The notes: generated by a model from the sequence alone, not told the origin. Shown: positions 49,823 through 60,074, counted from the first letter of the stretch. The stretch: DNA of 64,000 nt from an uncultured Planctomycetaceae bacterium (GCA_963815195.1 CAWFGE010000008.1:32001-96000), one strand, 5' to 3'. Numbers and translations are program-made.

Positions 49823-52134
49823 CGATCGTCCCCCGGTTCCGTCGGCAAGAGAATCTGAAACTGGGCGCCCTGCTCGCCGTCGTGACTCAGTTCGACCCGG
49901 CCGTGATGGGCTTCCACAATCCTTCGCACGATCGCTGTGCCCAAGCCGGTGCCTTGGGTCTTGGTGGTAAAGAACGGCTCGAAGATGCGGGCCTTGGCTT
50001 CGGGCGAAAGACCGGGGCCGTTGTCGCGAATGGTGATCCCCAAAGCGGCTCGGCCGTTGTTTTGCGCCTGGGCATATTCCACGGTCACACGGGCGTCTGT
50101 CTGGCAAGCCGCGAGCGAGTTTTCAAACAGGTTGCGGAAGACTTGCTCGAGTTGGAAGGGGTCGGCGTAGGTGCCTAGGTTTTGGATTTTCTTTTGCTCC
50201 GTCAGCGTGGCCGATCGGCCGCCCGTCAGCGAGGTCACATTCTCCCAGGCTTTGCGAACGACTTCGGAGGCATTGCACCGCCGGCATTCCAATCGCAATG
50301 GCGACGCGAAGCCTCTTAAATCCTCGAACAACCGCAGCAAGCGGTTCTCGGCTTGCTGAATGTCGCTGATCAATTCGCCGGCTTCGCCGTCCGCCGACCC
50401 GTTCAGCCGCCAGCGCAGAAGTTGTGTGCAGCATTCGATTTTTTGGAGAGCGTTTCGGCTTTCGTGCGCGACGCCCGCGACCATTTGACCGATCGCGGCG
50501 AGCCGTTCGGATTGTAAAATCTTCCGCTGCATGTCCTCGCGTTCCTCTTGAGCGCGAACGCGGGCCGTCACATCCCAGAAAATGCACTGAAGCCCGATCG
50601 CTCCGCCCTCCGAATCGTGAACGACCGATTTCCGCACCTCCATGAACAAGGTTTGACCATCCTGGAAGCGGTGCTCTTCGACATCCTCGAACACGCCGCC
50701 TTCGCTCATGACGCGATCGTCGTCTGTTTGATATTTCTCGGCCAGCGCCTTTGGATAGAAGTCGAAATCGGTCCGGCCGACAACGCCCTCCGGATTTTGC
50801 TTCAAGAGTTCGCAGAACCGCGAATTGGCGAAGACGAAGCGCCCTTTCTGGTCTTTGCGAAACACGCACATCGGCAGGTTCTCCACCAGGGAATGATACA
50901 AGGCTTCGGAGTCCCGCAATTCGCGTTCCGCGTGCTTGCGTTCCGTAAAATCCCGCCAGACCGCGACGCCGCCGTGGACGCCGCCGTCGTCATCGACCAC
51001 CGGACGCGCGGTCACGCTGAGCCACAACTCCCGAGGCTCGGCGTCCCGCTCTAAAAACAATTCCGCCCGCGTCACGGTGTCTCCCCGCATGGCCCGGATC
51101 AATGGCAGTTCTTCGTGCGGGTAGGGCGTGGTTTGATCCGGCCGGAATATGCGGACGCCGAACTCGTTCGTCCAATCCTCCGACCGCACGTCGGGTTGGA
51201 AATCAGCCCCGACGTTGAGCAATTGCCGTGCCGCGCGATTCATCAATTGGAAGTCGCTTTCGCTGTCGGCGACCATCACCCCGTCGCCCATGCTTTCCAG
51301 AATGGACCACAAAATTCGGGTCTGGCTCCTTAACGCCTGTTCGGAATCCTCCAACTCTTGGGCGCGCCGCTCGGCGAGGGCCGTGCGTTCCGAAACCCGC
51401 TGTTCGAGAGTTTCATTCAGGTCCTCCATCGCGCCCATTTCCTGATGGACCCGCCTCGCCATCGGGCGAAATACGAACCAGCCTGTGAACGCCAAAACAA
51501 CATAGGTGCCCACGAAGGAGGAATAGGCCACCTGCCGGAGCTGGGTCGTTTTCGCTTCGCTTTGGGTCTGATACGCCGCGACCACGGCATCCAAGCCTCC
51601 CGTCACCCGATCCGACAAGGCGACTTCGCGAACGTAACCGAGGTGCGGATTGTCGGCGGCCAAATCCTCGGCTTCGCTTTCCGCCAAAGCAAGAATCTGG
51701 GCGATGTAATTTCGCACCTCCGTATCGAGCAGCCAGGGCGCATCGAAATAGATGTGCTCGACCTGGGAGAGCGCTTCGCCGGCCGCGGTATCGGCTTTTT
51801 CTTTTTCAAGTTGAGTATCGCGGGGCGAATCGAAGCGGATCATGCGGTAGTGGACGGCTTCCAGTTCCGCCACAAGCTGCCGCAAGCGGTGCCTTAACCG
51901 CTCGCGTTTTTGGGAATCCGTTGTGCGGGCGAACTCTTCCGCCAGTACGACGCAATGCTGAAACAAAAGCCGCTGCCGGCTGCTGAGGTTTTGAATGGCA
52001 GCCGTCGCTTCGCTTTCCTGAATCTCCGCCCGGAACATCTCGTAATTCACCACCGCCAACACGCCTAACAGCCCGAGGGCGAACAGATAGCGAATCGTCA
52101 GTTGACGGGTCGTTTTGCGCCGGGCGGGGGACAT
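49819..52134 (-). CDS. Membrane PAS/PAS histidine kinase with NarX/PilJ-like periplasmic domain
   Basis: AAIQNLSSRQRLLFQ after TM1; two PAS/PAC; GVAHESRNAL; NLFENS, DNGPG, FFTTK..GTGLG. Confidence 0.9.
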   Translation of the reverse strand: MSPARRKTTRQLTIRYLFALGLLGVLAVVNYEMFRAEIQESEATAAIQNLSSRQRLLFQHCVVLAEEFARTTDSQKRERLRHRLRQLVAELEAVHYRMIRFDSPRDTQLEKEKADTAAGEALSQVEHIYFDAPWLLDTEVRNYIAQILALAESEAEDLAADNPHLGYVREVALSDRVTGGLDAVVAAYQTQSEAKTTQLRQVAYSSFVGTYVVLAFTGWFVFRPMARRVHQEMGAMEDLNETLEQRVSERTALAERRAQELEDSEQALRSQTRILWSILESMGDGVMVADSESDFQLMNRAARQLLNVGADFQPDVRSEDWTNEFGVRIFRPDQTTPYPHEELPLIRAMRGDTVTRAELFLERDAEPRELWLSVTARPVVDDDGGVHGGVAVWRDFTERKHAERELRDSEALYHSLVENLPMCVFRKDQKGRFVFANSRFCELLKQNPEGVVGRTDFDFYPKALAEKYQTDDDRVMSEGGVFEDVEEHRFQDGQTLFMEVRKSVVHDSEGGAIGLQCIFWDVTARVRAQEEREDMQRKILQSERLAAIGQMVAGVAHESRNALQKIECCTQLLRWRLNGSADGEAGELISDIQQAENRLLRLFEDLRGFASPLRLECRRCNASEVVRKAWENVTSLTGGRSATLTEQKKIQNLGTYADPFQLEQVFRNLFENSLAACQTDARVTVEYAQAQNNGRAALGITIRDNGPGLSPEAKARIFEPFFTTKTQGTGLGTAIVRRIVEAHHGRVELSHDGEQGAQFQILLPTEPGDDR

Positions 52135-52221
52135 GAGATCGCTCCAGAGACGAACGTTCGATTGTGTCTCAACTTGCGAAAAAACCAGGCCCACGCTCTG
52201 TCAACTATACGAATCAGCCGG

Positions 52222-52440
52222 GGCACAAAAAAGCCGGGAAATCCCGAGGCCAAAACTCATCCTTCCCACGGAGGCCCCTCTTCGGAAAAAACCCGAGGGG
52301 CAGCTTAGGAAGGATGCCTTGTCTGGAAAGGCCGGTTGTCGCGCAATACCGTCCGCACGCCGCGTGGATTCAAAAAGCGCGACCCGGTCTTCGCGCGGTC
52401 GACTTTCATCGACAAGTCGGTTTTCCCGCTCCCATAACTC
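52222..52440 (-). ncRNA. Candidate structured cis-regulatory RNA with terminator upstream of the kinase
   Basis: Several long stems, a GAAA-capped hairpin and a hairpin + U6; see findings. Confidence 0.4.
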
Positions 52441-52470
52441 GGAACGTGCGTTCAGAGCCCCGTGACGATC

Positions 52471-54984
52471 TTACAATCCGAAGCGGCCGCGCAGGACCTC
52501 GCCTGTGGGGGAGGGGTTCTTGGCGATGTTTGCCGGCGGGCCTGCGGCGATGATTTCGCCGCCTTTTGCTCCGCCTTCCGGGCCCAGGTCGATGATCCAA
52601 TCGGCGGCGGCCATCACGTCTTCCTGATGCTCCACCACGAGGACCGTGTGCCCTTCGCCGACCAGCCGCCGGAGTAAATACAGCAAGCGTTCCACGTCGG
52701 CCGGGTGCAAACCCAACGTCGGTTCATCGAGCACAAAGAGCGCGGGTTCGAGTCGGCCTTTGCATAACTCGGTCGCGAGTTTGACCCGCTGCGCTTCGCC
52801 GCCGGACAGCGTGACCGCGGACTGCCCCAATTGCAAATAGCCCAAGCCGACTTCGGCGAAGGTGGCGAGCATCTGGCGGAGCTTCTCGAAGTTCTGAAAG
52901 AAGTCCGCGGCTTCGGAAATTGACATCGCCAACACGTCGGCGACCGTCTTGCCGCGAAAGCGGACCGAGAGCGTTTGCCGATTGAATCTTGCACCCCGAC
53001 AGATCGGACATTCGATGTCCACGTCGGGCAGAAAGTGCATTTCCACCCGCCTCACGCCTCGGCCTTTGCATTCGGGACAGCGGCCTTCACGGGAATTAAA
53101 ACTGAACCGCCGGGCTTTGAAACCCCGTACCCGGCTCTCGCGGGTCTTGGCAAATAACTTGCGAACTTCGTCCCACATCCCCGAATAGGTCGCTGGCGTG
53201 GACATCGCCGATCGGCCCAAAGGGGACTGATTGATTTCCACAATCCCGGAGAGCGATTCCCAACCGGCGAGATCATCAAACTCCGCGGAAGCGACCTTCC
53301 CGTCCGAAATCACTTGCCGAACGGCGGGGACCAGGGTTTGCGAGATGAGCGAACTCTTCCCCGAGCCGCTCACGCCGGTCACACAGGTCAACACGCCGAT
53401 TGGAACTCGCAACGTTACGTCTTTCAAGTTGTGTCGTCTTGCTCCCGTCAGTGTGAGGAATTGTTTCGGCGTTTCGGCAATGGATTCAGGTGGAACGGAA
53501 CCGGGTTGATTTCTTCTCAGATACTTTGCGGTGATGGAATCCGGATTCTCCGCCACATCTCCAGGCGTTCCGGAAGCGATCACCCGGCCGCCGGCTTTGC
53601 CCGCACCGGGGCCTAAATCGACGAGCCAATCCGCCTGCCGCATGCACTGGACATCGTGCTCCACAACGAACACGGTGTTGCCCTGATCGCGAAGTTCGAG
53701 GAGCGTGCCGATCAACCGGGCCGTGTCGCGGGGATGCAGTCCCGCGGTCGGCTCGTCGAGCACATAACATGCCCCCCGCAATCCGGTCCCCAAACACGCG
53801 GCCAACCGCGATCGCTGAAACTCGCCGCCCGAAAGCGTCGTCGTCGGCCGATCGAGCGTCAGATACTCCAGGCCGACTTTCAGCAAAAACCGCAGCCGGT
53901 TCGCGATCTCGGGCAGCGTGCGGCTCATGATCTTCTGCCGAACTTCGTCCGCGGGTTGTTCCGAGAGGCTGTTGACAAAGTCCAAAGCATCGGCGGTCGT
54001 CTTTTGCGTGAACTCCCAAATCGAGCAATCCGCCAGCGTGACGGCCAACGCAAAATCGTTCAACCGCCCGCCCCGGCACGCGGGACAAATCCGCGGTTCG
54101 GACGCGTCGTCTTTCTGGGTATCCTCGACCACGCCCAGGCCGTGGCATTCGGGACAGGCTCCGTAGGGGCTGTTAAAACTGAAAGACCGCGGCTCCAAGG
54201 GCGAGAAGCTCCGCTCGCAATCGGGGCAAGCGAAGCGTTCGCTAAACAGGCGGTCCTGCCAATCGGAGCCTTCCTGCCAACTGATGAGGCAACTGCCGCC
54301 GCCGTGCTTGAGGGCCAGATCGACCGATTCCTGCAATCGCCCGCGGATGCCCTGTTTGAGGACGATGCGGTCGACGACGGCTTCGATGTCGTGCCGTTTG
54401 GTCTTGGCCAGCTTTGGCGGGTTGGCGGCATCGATGACTTCGGCGTCTACGCGGGCCCGCACGAACCCCGCCTGGCTGATGTCTTCAAAGACTTGCCGAT
54501 GTTCCCCGGTCTCGCCGCGGATCCAGGGGGCGAGGACCATGACTTTTTTCCGGTCTTCGAGGCGGAGGATCTGATCGACGATTGCCCGCGAACTCTGGCG
54601 TGAGACGACGCGGCCGCAGCCGGGGCAATGGGCAACGCCCGCGCGGGCAAAAAGCAGCCGGAGAAAATCCGCCATCCCCGTGAGCGTGGCGAGCGTGCTT
54701 CGCCGATCCGCGGGGCGCTGTCTTTGATCGATGCACACCGTCGGCGGCAAGCCGTGGATGGCCTCGACGTCGGGGCGGGGGAGTTGGCTTTGGGCCTGGC
54801 GCTCGCCGGCGGGCAGACTTTCCAGAAAGCGGCGCTCGCCCTCGGCGAAGAGGGTGTCGATCGCCAGCGAGCTTTTCCCGCTGCCGCTGACGCCGGTGAG
54901 CACGACGAGCGCCTGCCGCGGGAAGTCGACATCGACGTTCCGCAGGTTGTGCACCCGCGCCCGCGCACCCGGAATCCCATCCAA
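52471..54984 (-). CDS. uvrA: Excinuclease ABC subunit A (compact UvrA)
   Basis: Two ABC modules (GVSGSGKSSL twice, LSGGE, LDEPT), Zn fingers, FSFNS. Confidence 0.95.
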   Translation of the reverse strand: MDGIPGARARVHNLRNVDVDFPRQALVVLTGVSGSGKSSLAIDTLFAEGERRFLESLPAGERQAQSQLPRPDVEAIHGLPPTVCIDQRQRPADRRSTLATLTGMADFLRLLFARAGVAHCPGCGRVVSRQSSRAIVDQILRLEDRKKVMVLAPWIRGETGEHRQVFEDISQAGFVRARVDAEVIDAANPPKLAKTKRHDIEAVVDRIVLKQGIRGRLQESVDLALKHGGGSCLISWQEGSDWQDRLFSERFACPDCERSFSPLEPRSFSFNSPYGACPECHGLGVVEDTQKDDASEPRICPACRGGRLNDFALAVTLADCSIWEFTQKTTADALDFVNSLSEQPADEVRQKIMSRTLPEIANRLRFLLKVGLEYLTLDRPTTTLSGGEFQRSRLAACLGTGLRGACYVLDEPTAGLHPRDTARLIGTLLELRDQGNTVFVVEHDVQCMRQADWLVDLGPGAGKAGGRVIASGTPGDVAENPDSITAKYLRRNQPGSVPPESIAETPKQFLTLTGARRHNLKDVTLRVPIGVLTCVTGVSGSGKSSLISQTLVPAVRQVISDGKVASAEFDDLAGWESLSGIVEINQSPLGRSAMSTPATYSGMWDEVRKLFAKTRESRVRGFKARRFSFNSREGRCPECKGRGVRRVEMHFLPDVDIECPICRGARFNRQTLSVRFRGKTVADVLAMSISEAADFFQNFEKLRQMLATFAEVGLGYLQLGQSAVTLSGGEAQRVKLATELCKGRLEPALFVLDEPTLGLHPADVERLLYLLRRLVGEGHTVLVVEHQEDVMAAADWIIDLGPEGGAKGGEIIAAGPPANIAKNPSPTGEVLRGRFGL

Positions 54985-55033
54985 AACCGTCTCCCGTCAA
55001 TTCCAAGCCGACATCCGGGTCCGCCGAAAAATG

Positions 55034-55231
55034 CTATTTTTGCACGGCTTCGCGGACGATTTGCCGGGCGGCTTTGTAAGCGTAGCGGATAGTGAAGAGA
55101 CGGGCTTCGATTTGCTCCTCGGTAAAATAGCGGCCGTGATCGCTCGTCGGCAAACCGGCGAGAGTGATCGTCAAGGGCAGCAAATCGAGGAATTCTTTAT
55201 AGCGTCGTTGCACTTCATTGGGGTCGGTCAC
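55034..55231 (-). CDS. Small hypothetical protein
   Basis: GTG with AAGGAG RBS; EFLDLLPLTITLAGLP. Confidence 0.65.
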   Translation of the reverse strand: MTDPNEVQRRYKEFLDLLPLTITLAGLPTSDHGRYFTEEQIEARLFTIRYAYKAARQIVREAVQK

Positions 55232-55367
55232 GCAGGGACTCCTTGACTGCAAAAGGACGGAGGAAACCGAAACGATCTCCTCCGAGTTTGCCCGGAGGGG
55301 GCGTCTGGTTCAAGAGAAATCCGCGGTTCGTTAAAGACCGGCCCGAAAACTTCGCCGTGACGAAGCG

Positions 55368-56381
55368 CTATTCATCGGTCTGGCGCCGCTTGCGGGACTT
55401 AATGAGATCGGCCGCTTTTTGGGACGGCGTCGGGGCACTGGGGGCGCTGCCCTCCGCGGCCGGGGCCGGATCGGCGGGCCGGGGGGGCTGCTCTTTGACG
55501 CCCGTGTCTTCGGGATTGGGCAGGCGGATGTCGGGGAACCCCATGTCTTGATCGGACCCTTGATCGTGTCCTTGATCCTGCGGCGCGTTCTGCGGATAGC
55601 CCCCCGGATATTGGCCCGGCTGCTGCGGATAACCGTAACCCATCGGCGGATACTGCGGCGGCGGGTAGCCCATCGGATAACCCTGCGGCGGGTACTGCGG
55701 ATATTGCTGGAACTGGGGATACTGGGGATAAGGCCAAGGGCCTCCCGGATATTGCCCCGCCGCCTGCGGATTCCATCCGGGCGGGGGCGTGGCCTGATCG
55801 ATCGCGCCCGGCTGGCTGGGCGGAATGGGGACTTCCTCCGGCGTCGGCGGGCCGGGATCGATGATCGAATCGGCGTCCGAGACAATTCTCGTGTCCCCCT
55901 CGGGTTCTTCGGAGCCGGTCTGGTCCAACTCGAACACCGTGTCGCTGGACGGCGAGGCGGAAATCATCTCCGAATCTTCCAGCGTCTGCGGCACGGGCAT
56001 GTCGAAAGACGTTTCCAATGTGGACGCGTTGGTCGTCGTGTCCTGATGTGCGGTGGGCAAGGCGGAACCCTGGTGGGCTTCCAGCGGACCGATAACCACT
56101 TCCAGATTCAGCTTGCCGATGCGGACGACGTCGCCGGGGGTCAGCACCGTCTCGCCGCGGATCCGCCGCCCGTTGACCAGGGTGCCGTTGGTGCTGCCCA
56201 AGTCGCGCAAGCGGAGGGCGTAGTCGTCCACGGTGAAGACGCAATGGTGCCGGCTGACCAGATCGCTGTTGGGGCGGAGGTGGCAGTCCTGCTCACGACC
56301 TACCAGGAACTTTCGACTTTTGAATTCAATGAGTTTGCCGTCATTCTTACCGCCAATGACCTTCAAACTGGCCTGCAGCAT
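55368..56381 (-). CDS. FHA domain protein with Pro/Gln/Tyr-rich tail
   Basis: VGREQDC, VSRHHC, DLGSTNGTLVNG. Confidence 0.92.
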   Translation of the reverse strand: MLQASLKVIGGKNDGKLIEFKSRKFLVGREQDCHLRPNSDLVSRHHCVFTVDDYALRLRDLGSTNGTLVNGRRIRGETVLTPGDVVRIGKLNLEVVIGPLEAHQGSALPTAHQDTTTNASTLETSFDMPVPQTLEDSEMISASPSSDTVFELDQTGSEEPEGDTRIVSDADSIIDPGPPTPEEVPIPPSQPGAIDQATPPPGWNPQAAGQYPGGPWPYPQYPQFQQYPQYPPQGYPMGYPPPQYPPMGYGYPQQPGQYPGGYPQNAPQDQGHDQGSDQDMGFPDIRLPNPEDTGVKEQPPRPADPAPAAEGSAPSAPTPSQKAADLIKSRKRRQTDE

Positions 56382-56754
56382 GGATATATCACTCCGCACA
56401 AAAGTTTTGACAGATGAAGAAGGTTGCTCAACCCGTCGACCCTCATATCGTCAAGGTGGACATTGAAGTCGCATTTCGGAGTTAAGAATGAAGAAAAGAA
56501 AAAGCAAGAAGAAAAAAGCCAATTTCAGCAAGAGATTGCCGAATGGCGGTGGGGTTAAGAAAAGTTAATAAGTATGTACCCCAACACATTCAACGTAACA
56601 GTGTTGTTTCGATTTGTCAATGTGCGCCTTTGCGTTTCCGGGGCTTTTCCCGAACCGCCCGGGCTTTGGCGCAAGGGCGGGTGAACGTTCGATTCACATC
56701 GCCCGCTGGAGTCCTCAACCCTTAAGAAAGCAAGATTTCCGGGGAGGACGGACG

Positions 56755-59700
56755 TTACGGAGCCGTGGCGCAGAGGGCCGGCTTTTCGGAGGGGGCGTTT
56801 TCGGCGGGGTTCGCGTCGTCCTCATCGGAGCCGCGGTTACGGCGGCCGATGAAGGACGCATACAGCACCGGCAGGACGAATAGCGTCATGAGCATGCTCG
56901 TCATCACGCCGCCGATGACGACGGTGGCGAGCGGACGCTGCACTTCCGCACCGACGCCTGTGCTGGTGGCCATCGGGACAAAACCCACGCTGGCGACCAG
57001 GGCGGTCATGACGATGGTCCGCAGCGTCTCGCCCGTGGCCGTGCCGATGGCTTTGAACAACGGCAGGCCTTCGCCCAATCGGCTGCGAATCGCCGAGACG
57101 AGCACCATGCTGCTCAACACCGACACGCCGGACAAGGTGATGAAGCCCACGGCCGCGGAGATCGACAGCGGCATGCCGCGGACCCAGATTGCCGCGACGC
57201 CGCCGATGCAGGCGAACGGGACGCTCAGGAACACAAACAGCGTATCCGCCACGTTGCGGAAGGTGAGGTATAGCAGTCCGACGATCAAGCCGAGCGCGAG
57301 CGGCACGACGATCAGCAACCGCTGCTGCGCCCGCTGCATGTTCTCGAACTGGCCGCCCCATTCGACGTGGTAGCCTCGGGGCAGGTCGATCTGGGCGTCG
57401 ATCCGTTTTTGGGCGTCGGCGACGAAGCTGCCCATGTCCCGGCCGCGGATGTTGCACTGGATGCTGATGTAGCGGTCGCTCCAGTCGCGGGTGATGTATT
57501 TCGGTCCGCGGACTTCGTGAAAACCCGCCACCCGCGAGAGCGGAATCTGCTCGCCGCTGGGCGCGGTCAGCATGATGCGGGACAGATCGGCCGGCGTGGA
57601 CCGGCTCTGTTCGGGCAGGCGGACCGAGAGCGGGAACCGCAACTGCCCTTCGATCACATGTCCCACGGGCTTCCCGGAAACCGATTCGACCACGTCCAAC
57701 ACCGACTCGGCGGGAATCCCGTAGCGGGCGAGTTCATTGCGGTCGAGTTTGATCTGCAAGATCGGCTGGCCGCAGACATCGTCGACCGCGAGGTCCGCAC
57801 AGCCGGGAATGTTGTGGAGCACGCGTTCGAGTTCCGCGGCCTTTTCGGTCAAAACGTCCAGATCGTCGCCGTAAAGTTTGATCGCCACGTCGGAGCGGAT
57901 GCCGGTGAGCATTTCGTTCAGCCGCATTTCGATCGGCTGCGTGAACCAGATCGTCCGGCCTTTGAAGTCGGCCAGTTCCTCTTCCATCCGTTCCACAAGC
58001 TCGGTCTGCGTTTCGGCCCGCTTCCAATCGTGGCGGGGCTTCAGGCTGACGAACATGTCGGTCGTTTCCGGAGCGCCGGCGTCGGTGGTGACGTCGGGTT
58101 CGCCGGCCCGGCTCCAAATGTGGTCGATCTCGTCGGGAAATGCGGAGATCAGGGCTTTTTCCATGAACATGTTGCTGCGGGCGGATTCGTCGTAGCTCGT
58201 GCCCGGCGGATAGCGGACGCCGACGACCAGCGCCCCTTCGCTGAGCTTGGGCACGAACTCGGTGCCCAGGTTGACCGCGATCAAAGCCGTTGCCCCCAAT
58301 AACGCCGCCGAAAGGGCGAGCACCGCGAACTTGGCCGAGAACGCCAGCCGCAACAGCGGCGCGTAGAGCCGTTTGAGCAGCCGCACGAAAAACACGTCGT
58401 GGTCCCGCATGTCGCGGGGCAAGAGGGCGCTCGCGAGCACCGGCGTGAGCGTCAAGGACATAATCAGCGAGCCGATGAGCACCAGAATCACCGTGAGGGC
58501 CATCGGCAAAAACATCTTGCCTTCCACGCCTTCGAGCGTGAGGATCGGCAAATAGACGATCATGATAATCAACTGCCCGAACACCGCGGGCTTTCTGACT
58601 TCGATCGCGGCTTCGCGGATAATCTCCCGCCGAGCCTCGGCAGAGAGCGGGCCGCCGGCTTTTTCCTGGGCGATCCCCAACCGGCGGACGATGTTCTCGA
58701 TCATCACCACCGAGCTGTCGACGACGATCCCGAAGTCGATCGCCCCCAGGCTTAACAGCGTCCCCGCGATGCCGATCTGCTGCATGCCGGTGAAGGCAAA
58801 CAGCATGCACAGCGGAATGCCGGCCGCGGCGATCAGCCCGGCCCGCAGGTTTCCCAGGAACAAAAACAACAGCGCCACGACGAGAAGCGCCCCTTCGCAG
58901 AGGTTGCTGCGGACGGTGGCGATCACATCGCCGACGAGATCCGTGCGGTCGTAAACGACTTCGGATTCGACGCCTTCGGGCAGGTCCTTGCGGAGCTTTT
59001 CAAACTTCTCGCGAATGTTTCCGGTGACGGCGTAGCTGTTTTCGCCGGTCCGCATGAAACCCAAGCCCAGCAGCACCTCGTGCTCGCCGTCCGCGGTGAC
59101 GATCCCCCGCCGCATTTCGTGGTTAACGATTACTTCGGCGACGTCTTTGACATAGACGGGCACGCCGTCTTGGGCGACGATCTGCACGTTCTTGAGCTCT
59201 TCGACGCCGGAGGCGCGGCCGATGCCGTGCACCAGCAGCATGTCGCCTTTGCGGTCGATGTATCCGCCGCCCACGTTGAGGTTGTTCCGGCGAAGAGAGT
59301 CGATGACATCTTGAAACGCGATGTCGTATTTATAAAGTAGCGCCGGGTCGATGCGGACCTGGTATTGTTTCTTCAAACCGCCCCACGTGTTGATTTCGGC
59401 CGTGCCGGGGACGGCCCGGAGTTCGGGGCGGACGGTCCAATCCTGCAGCGTGCGGACTTCCGTCCGGCTTTTCGCTTCGGGGTCGTCGCTCGGATAAAGC
59501 AAGTAGTGGAACACTTCGCCCAAGCCCGTCGCCACCGGACCGAGTTCAGGGCTGGGCGTGCCCGGCGGGAGTTCCAACTTCGCCAGCCGCTGCGAAATCA
59601 ACTGCCGGACGAGATACAAATCGGTGCCGTCTTCAAACGTGACCGTCACCTGGGCGACGCCGAACTGCGAGATCGAGCGAACCTCGACAAGGCCGGGCAG

Positions 59701-59922
59701 CCCGCCCATCAAGAGTTCGATCGGATAGGTGACGAGCCGTTCGACTTCGGTGGCGACCACGCCGGGGACGTCGGCGTTGATCTGGACCTGCACCGGCGTC
59801 GTGTCGGGAAAGGCGTCGATATTCAAACGCCGGAGCGAAACGAATCCGCCCACGGCCACGGCGACCGCTCCCAAAAAGACCAGCCAACGATGATTCAGCG
59901 ACCAGGTGATAAGCGACTGCAA
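56755..59922 (-). CDS. CusA/CzcA heavy-metal efflux RND permease
   Basis: IDAFPDTTPVQVQIN, TGLGEV, GAIDFGIVVD, GAEVQRPLATVVIGG; likely TTG start at 59922. Confidence 0.95.
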   Translation of the reverse strand: MQSLITWSLNHRWLVFLGAVAVAVGGFVSLRRLNIDAFPDTTPVQVQINADVPGVVATEVERLVTYPIELLMGGLPGLVEVRSISQFGVAQVTVTFEDGTDLYLVRQLISQRLAKLELPPGTPSPELGPVATGLGEVFHYLLYPSDDPEAKSRTEVRTLQDWTVRPELRAVPGTAEINTWGGLKKQYQVRIDPALLYKYDIAFQDVIDSLRRNNLNVGGGYIDRKGDMLLVHGIGRASGVEELKNVQIVAQDGVPVYVKDVAEVIVNHEMRRGIVTADGEHEVLLGLGFMRTGENSYAVTGNIREKFEKLRKDLPEGVESEVVYDRTDLVGDVIATVRSNLCEGALLVVALLFLFLGNLRAGLIAAAGIPLCMLFAFTGMQQIGIAGTLLSLGAIDFGIVVDSSVVMIENIVRRLGIAQEKAGGPLSAEARREIIREAAIEVRKPAVFGQLIIMIVYLPILTLEGVEGKMFLPMALTVILVLIGSLIMSLTLTPVLASALLPRDMRDHDVFFVRLLKRLYAPLLRLAFSAKFAVLALSAALLGATALIAVNLGTEFVPKLSEGALVVGVRYPPGTSYDESARSNMFMEKALISAFPDEIDHIWSRAGEPDVTTDAGAPETTDMFVSLKPRHDWKRAETQTELVERMEEELADFKGRTIWFTQPIEMRLNEMLTGIRSDVAIKLYGDDLDVLTEKAAELERVLHNIPGCADLAVDDVCGQPILQIKLDRNELARYGIPAESVLDVVESVSGKPVGHVIEGQLRFPLSVRLPEQSRSTPADLSRIMLTAPSGEQIPLSRVAGFHEVRGPKYITRDWSDRYISIQCNIRGRDMGSFVADAQKRIDAQIDLPRGYHVEWGGQFENMQRAQQRLLIVVPLALGLIVGLLYLTFRNVADTLFVFLSVPFACIGGVAAIWVRGMPLSISAAVGFITLSGVSVLSSMVLVSAIRSRLGEGLPLFKAIGTATGETLRTIVMTALVASVGFVPMATSTGVGAEVQRPLATVVIGGVMTSMLMTLFVLPVLYASFIGRRNRGSDEDDANPAENAPSEKPALCATAP

Positions 59923-59976
59923 AACAAAGGCTCCCGCTTCGACAGGTGAGAGGTGACCTGCAAACGTCGTCATTTT

Positions 59977-60070
59977 TGAGCGGTACGGCGCTCCCCGCCG
60001 GTTTTCCAGGGTTCCGTCAACCGGTGGCTCGCGCCATTCCGTCAACCGGTGGCTCGCGCCATTCCGCTCA
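59977..60070. repeat. REP-like element with a perfect 25-bp tandem duplication of its right arm
   Basis: TTCCGTCAACCGGTGGCTCGCGCCA twice (60012-60061); left arm GAGCGGTACGGCGCTCCCCGCCGGTT. Confidence 0.8.
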
Positions 60071-60074
60071 GTTT

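Noticed and set aside
52450..52470. GAGCCCCGTGACG as group II intron domain V
   Set aside because: No complete domain V/VI hairpin and no reverse transcriptase nearby.
60012..60066. 25-bp direct repeat as a CRISPR array
   Set aside because: Copies are adjacent with no spacers, there are no cas genes, and it belongs to a REP-like palindrome.
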